From positions 40,961-72,960 of IMG/VR virus record IMGVR_UViG_3300045988_133377: a stretch of 32,000 nucleotides of DNA; one strand, 5' to 3'. The notes under the pieces are model-generated. The model did no database searches. It was not told the origin of the DNA and saw only the letters and a program-made list of their open reading frames with translations. This document shows positions 31,927-32,000 of the stretch, piece by piece. The first letter of the stretch is position 1, and every line of letters begins with the position of its first letter. The position numbers were made by a program, and so were the translations under genes. Source of the DNA: a virus.

Positions 31927-32000
31927 TAAACCAGTATTCTATATGTTAGTGGGGTTGCCAGCCAGCGGTAAAAGCTCTGAGAGTGATAGGCTGGGAGATG
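31916..32000 (+). CDS. P-loop kinase/AAA-like protein, truncated by the window end
   Basis: MENNKPVFYMLVGLPASGKSSESDRLGD..., a clear Walker A, open to the window end. Confidence 0.7.
   Translation, partial: MENNKPVFYMLVGLPASGKSSESDRLGD

Overview
AT-rich Firmicutes-type accessory DNA (gut Clostridia-like; the taxon is inference) made of two compositionally different blocks. LEFT (~1-13.18 kb): many small hypothetical ORFs, a DUF262-like protein, a HicA/HicB toxin-antitoxin pair, a tyrosine-recombinase-like ORF, an XRE-like regulator divergent from a MazF/PemK-like toxin, a consensus promoter carrying LexA/SOS boxes, a tRNA-Gln and a degenerate tRNA-like element, a large sigma-like/DUF262 fusion, and an HNH/RuvC IscB-family nuclease. 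RIGHT (~13.2-32 kb): an almost entirely rightward phage early/replication module: SNF2 helicase, MerR-like HTH, replication-initiator-like protein, DnaC-like and DnaB-like proteins, Rha-like protein, CI-like repressor switch, CHC2/Toprim primase, phage sigma factor, ssDNA-binding-like protein, family A DNA polymerase, frameshifted Dam-like methylase, Cas4-like/PD-(D/E)XK and RecU-like nucleases. Main discoveries: (1) immediately upstream of the IscB ORF is a one-spacer CRISPR-like mini-array. It has two 36-nt repeats (GTTTTAGAG...ACAAAAC, 34/36 identical) around a 30-nt spacer. An anti-repeat capable of a 17-bp duplex with the last repeat starts only 6 nt after it, which would make a naturally fused single-guide RNA between omegaRNA and crRNA:tracrRNA architectures. 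(2) The phage block has a bipartite motif TCTAAA/G-N14-[G/C]TGATTA[G/A]G found seven times, always with exactly 14 nt spacing and 34-44 nt before a start codon, often just after a terminator. It is a strong candidate promoter class for the phage-encoded sigma factor. (3) A P-loop ATPase-like ORF is truncated at its Walker A motif exactly where composition changes (~13.18 kb), a plausible prophage attachment boundary.
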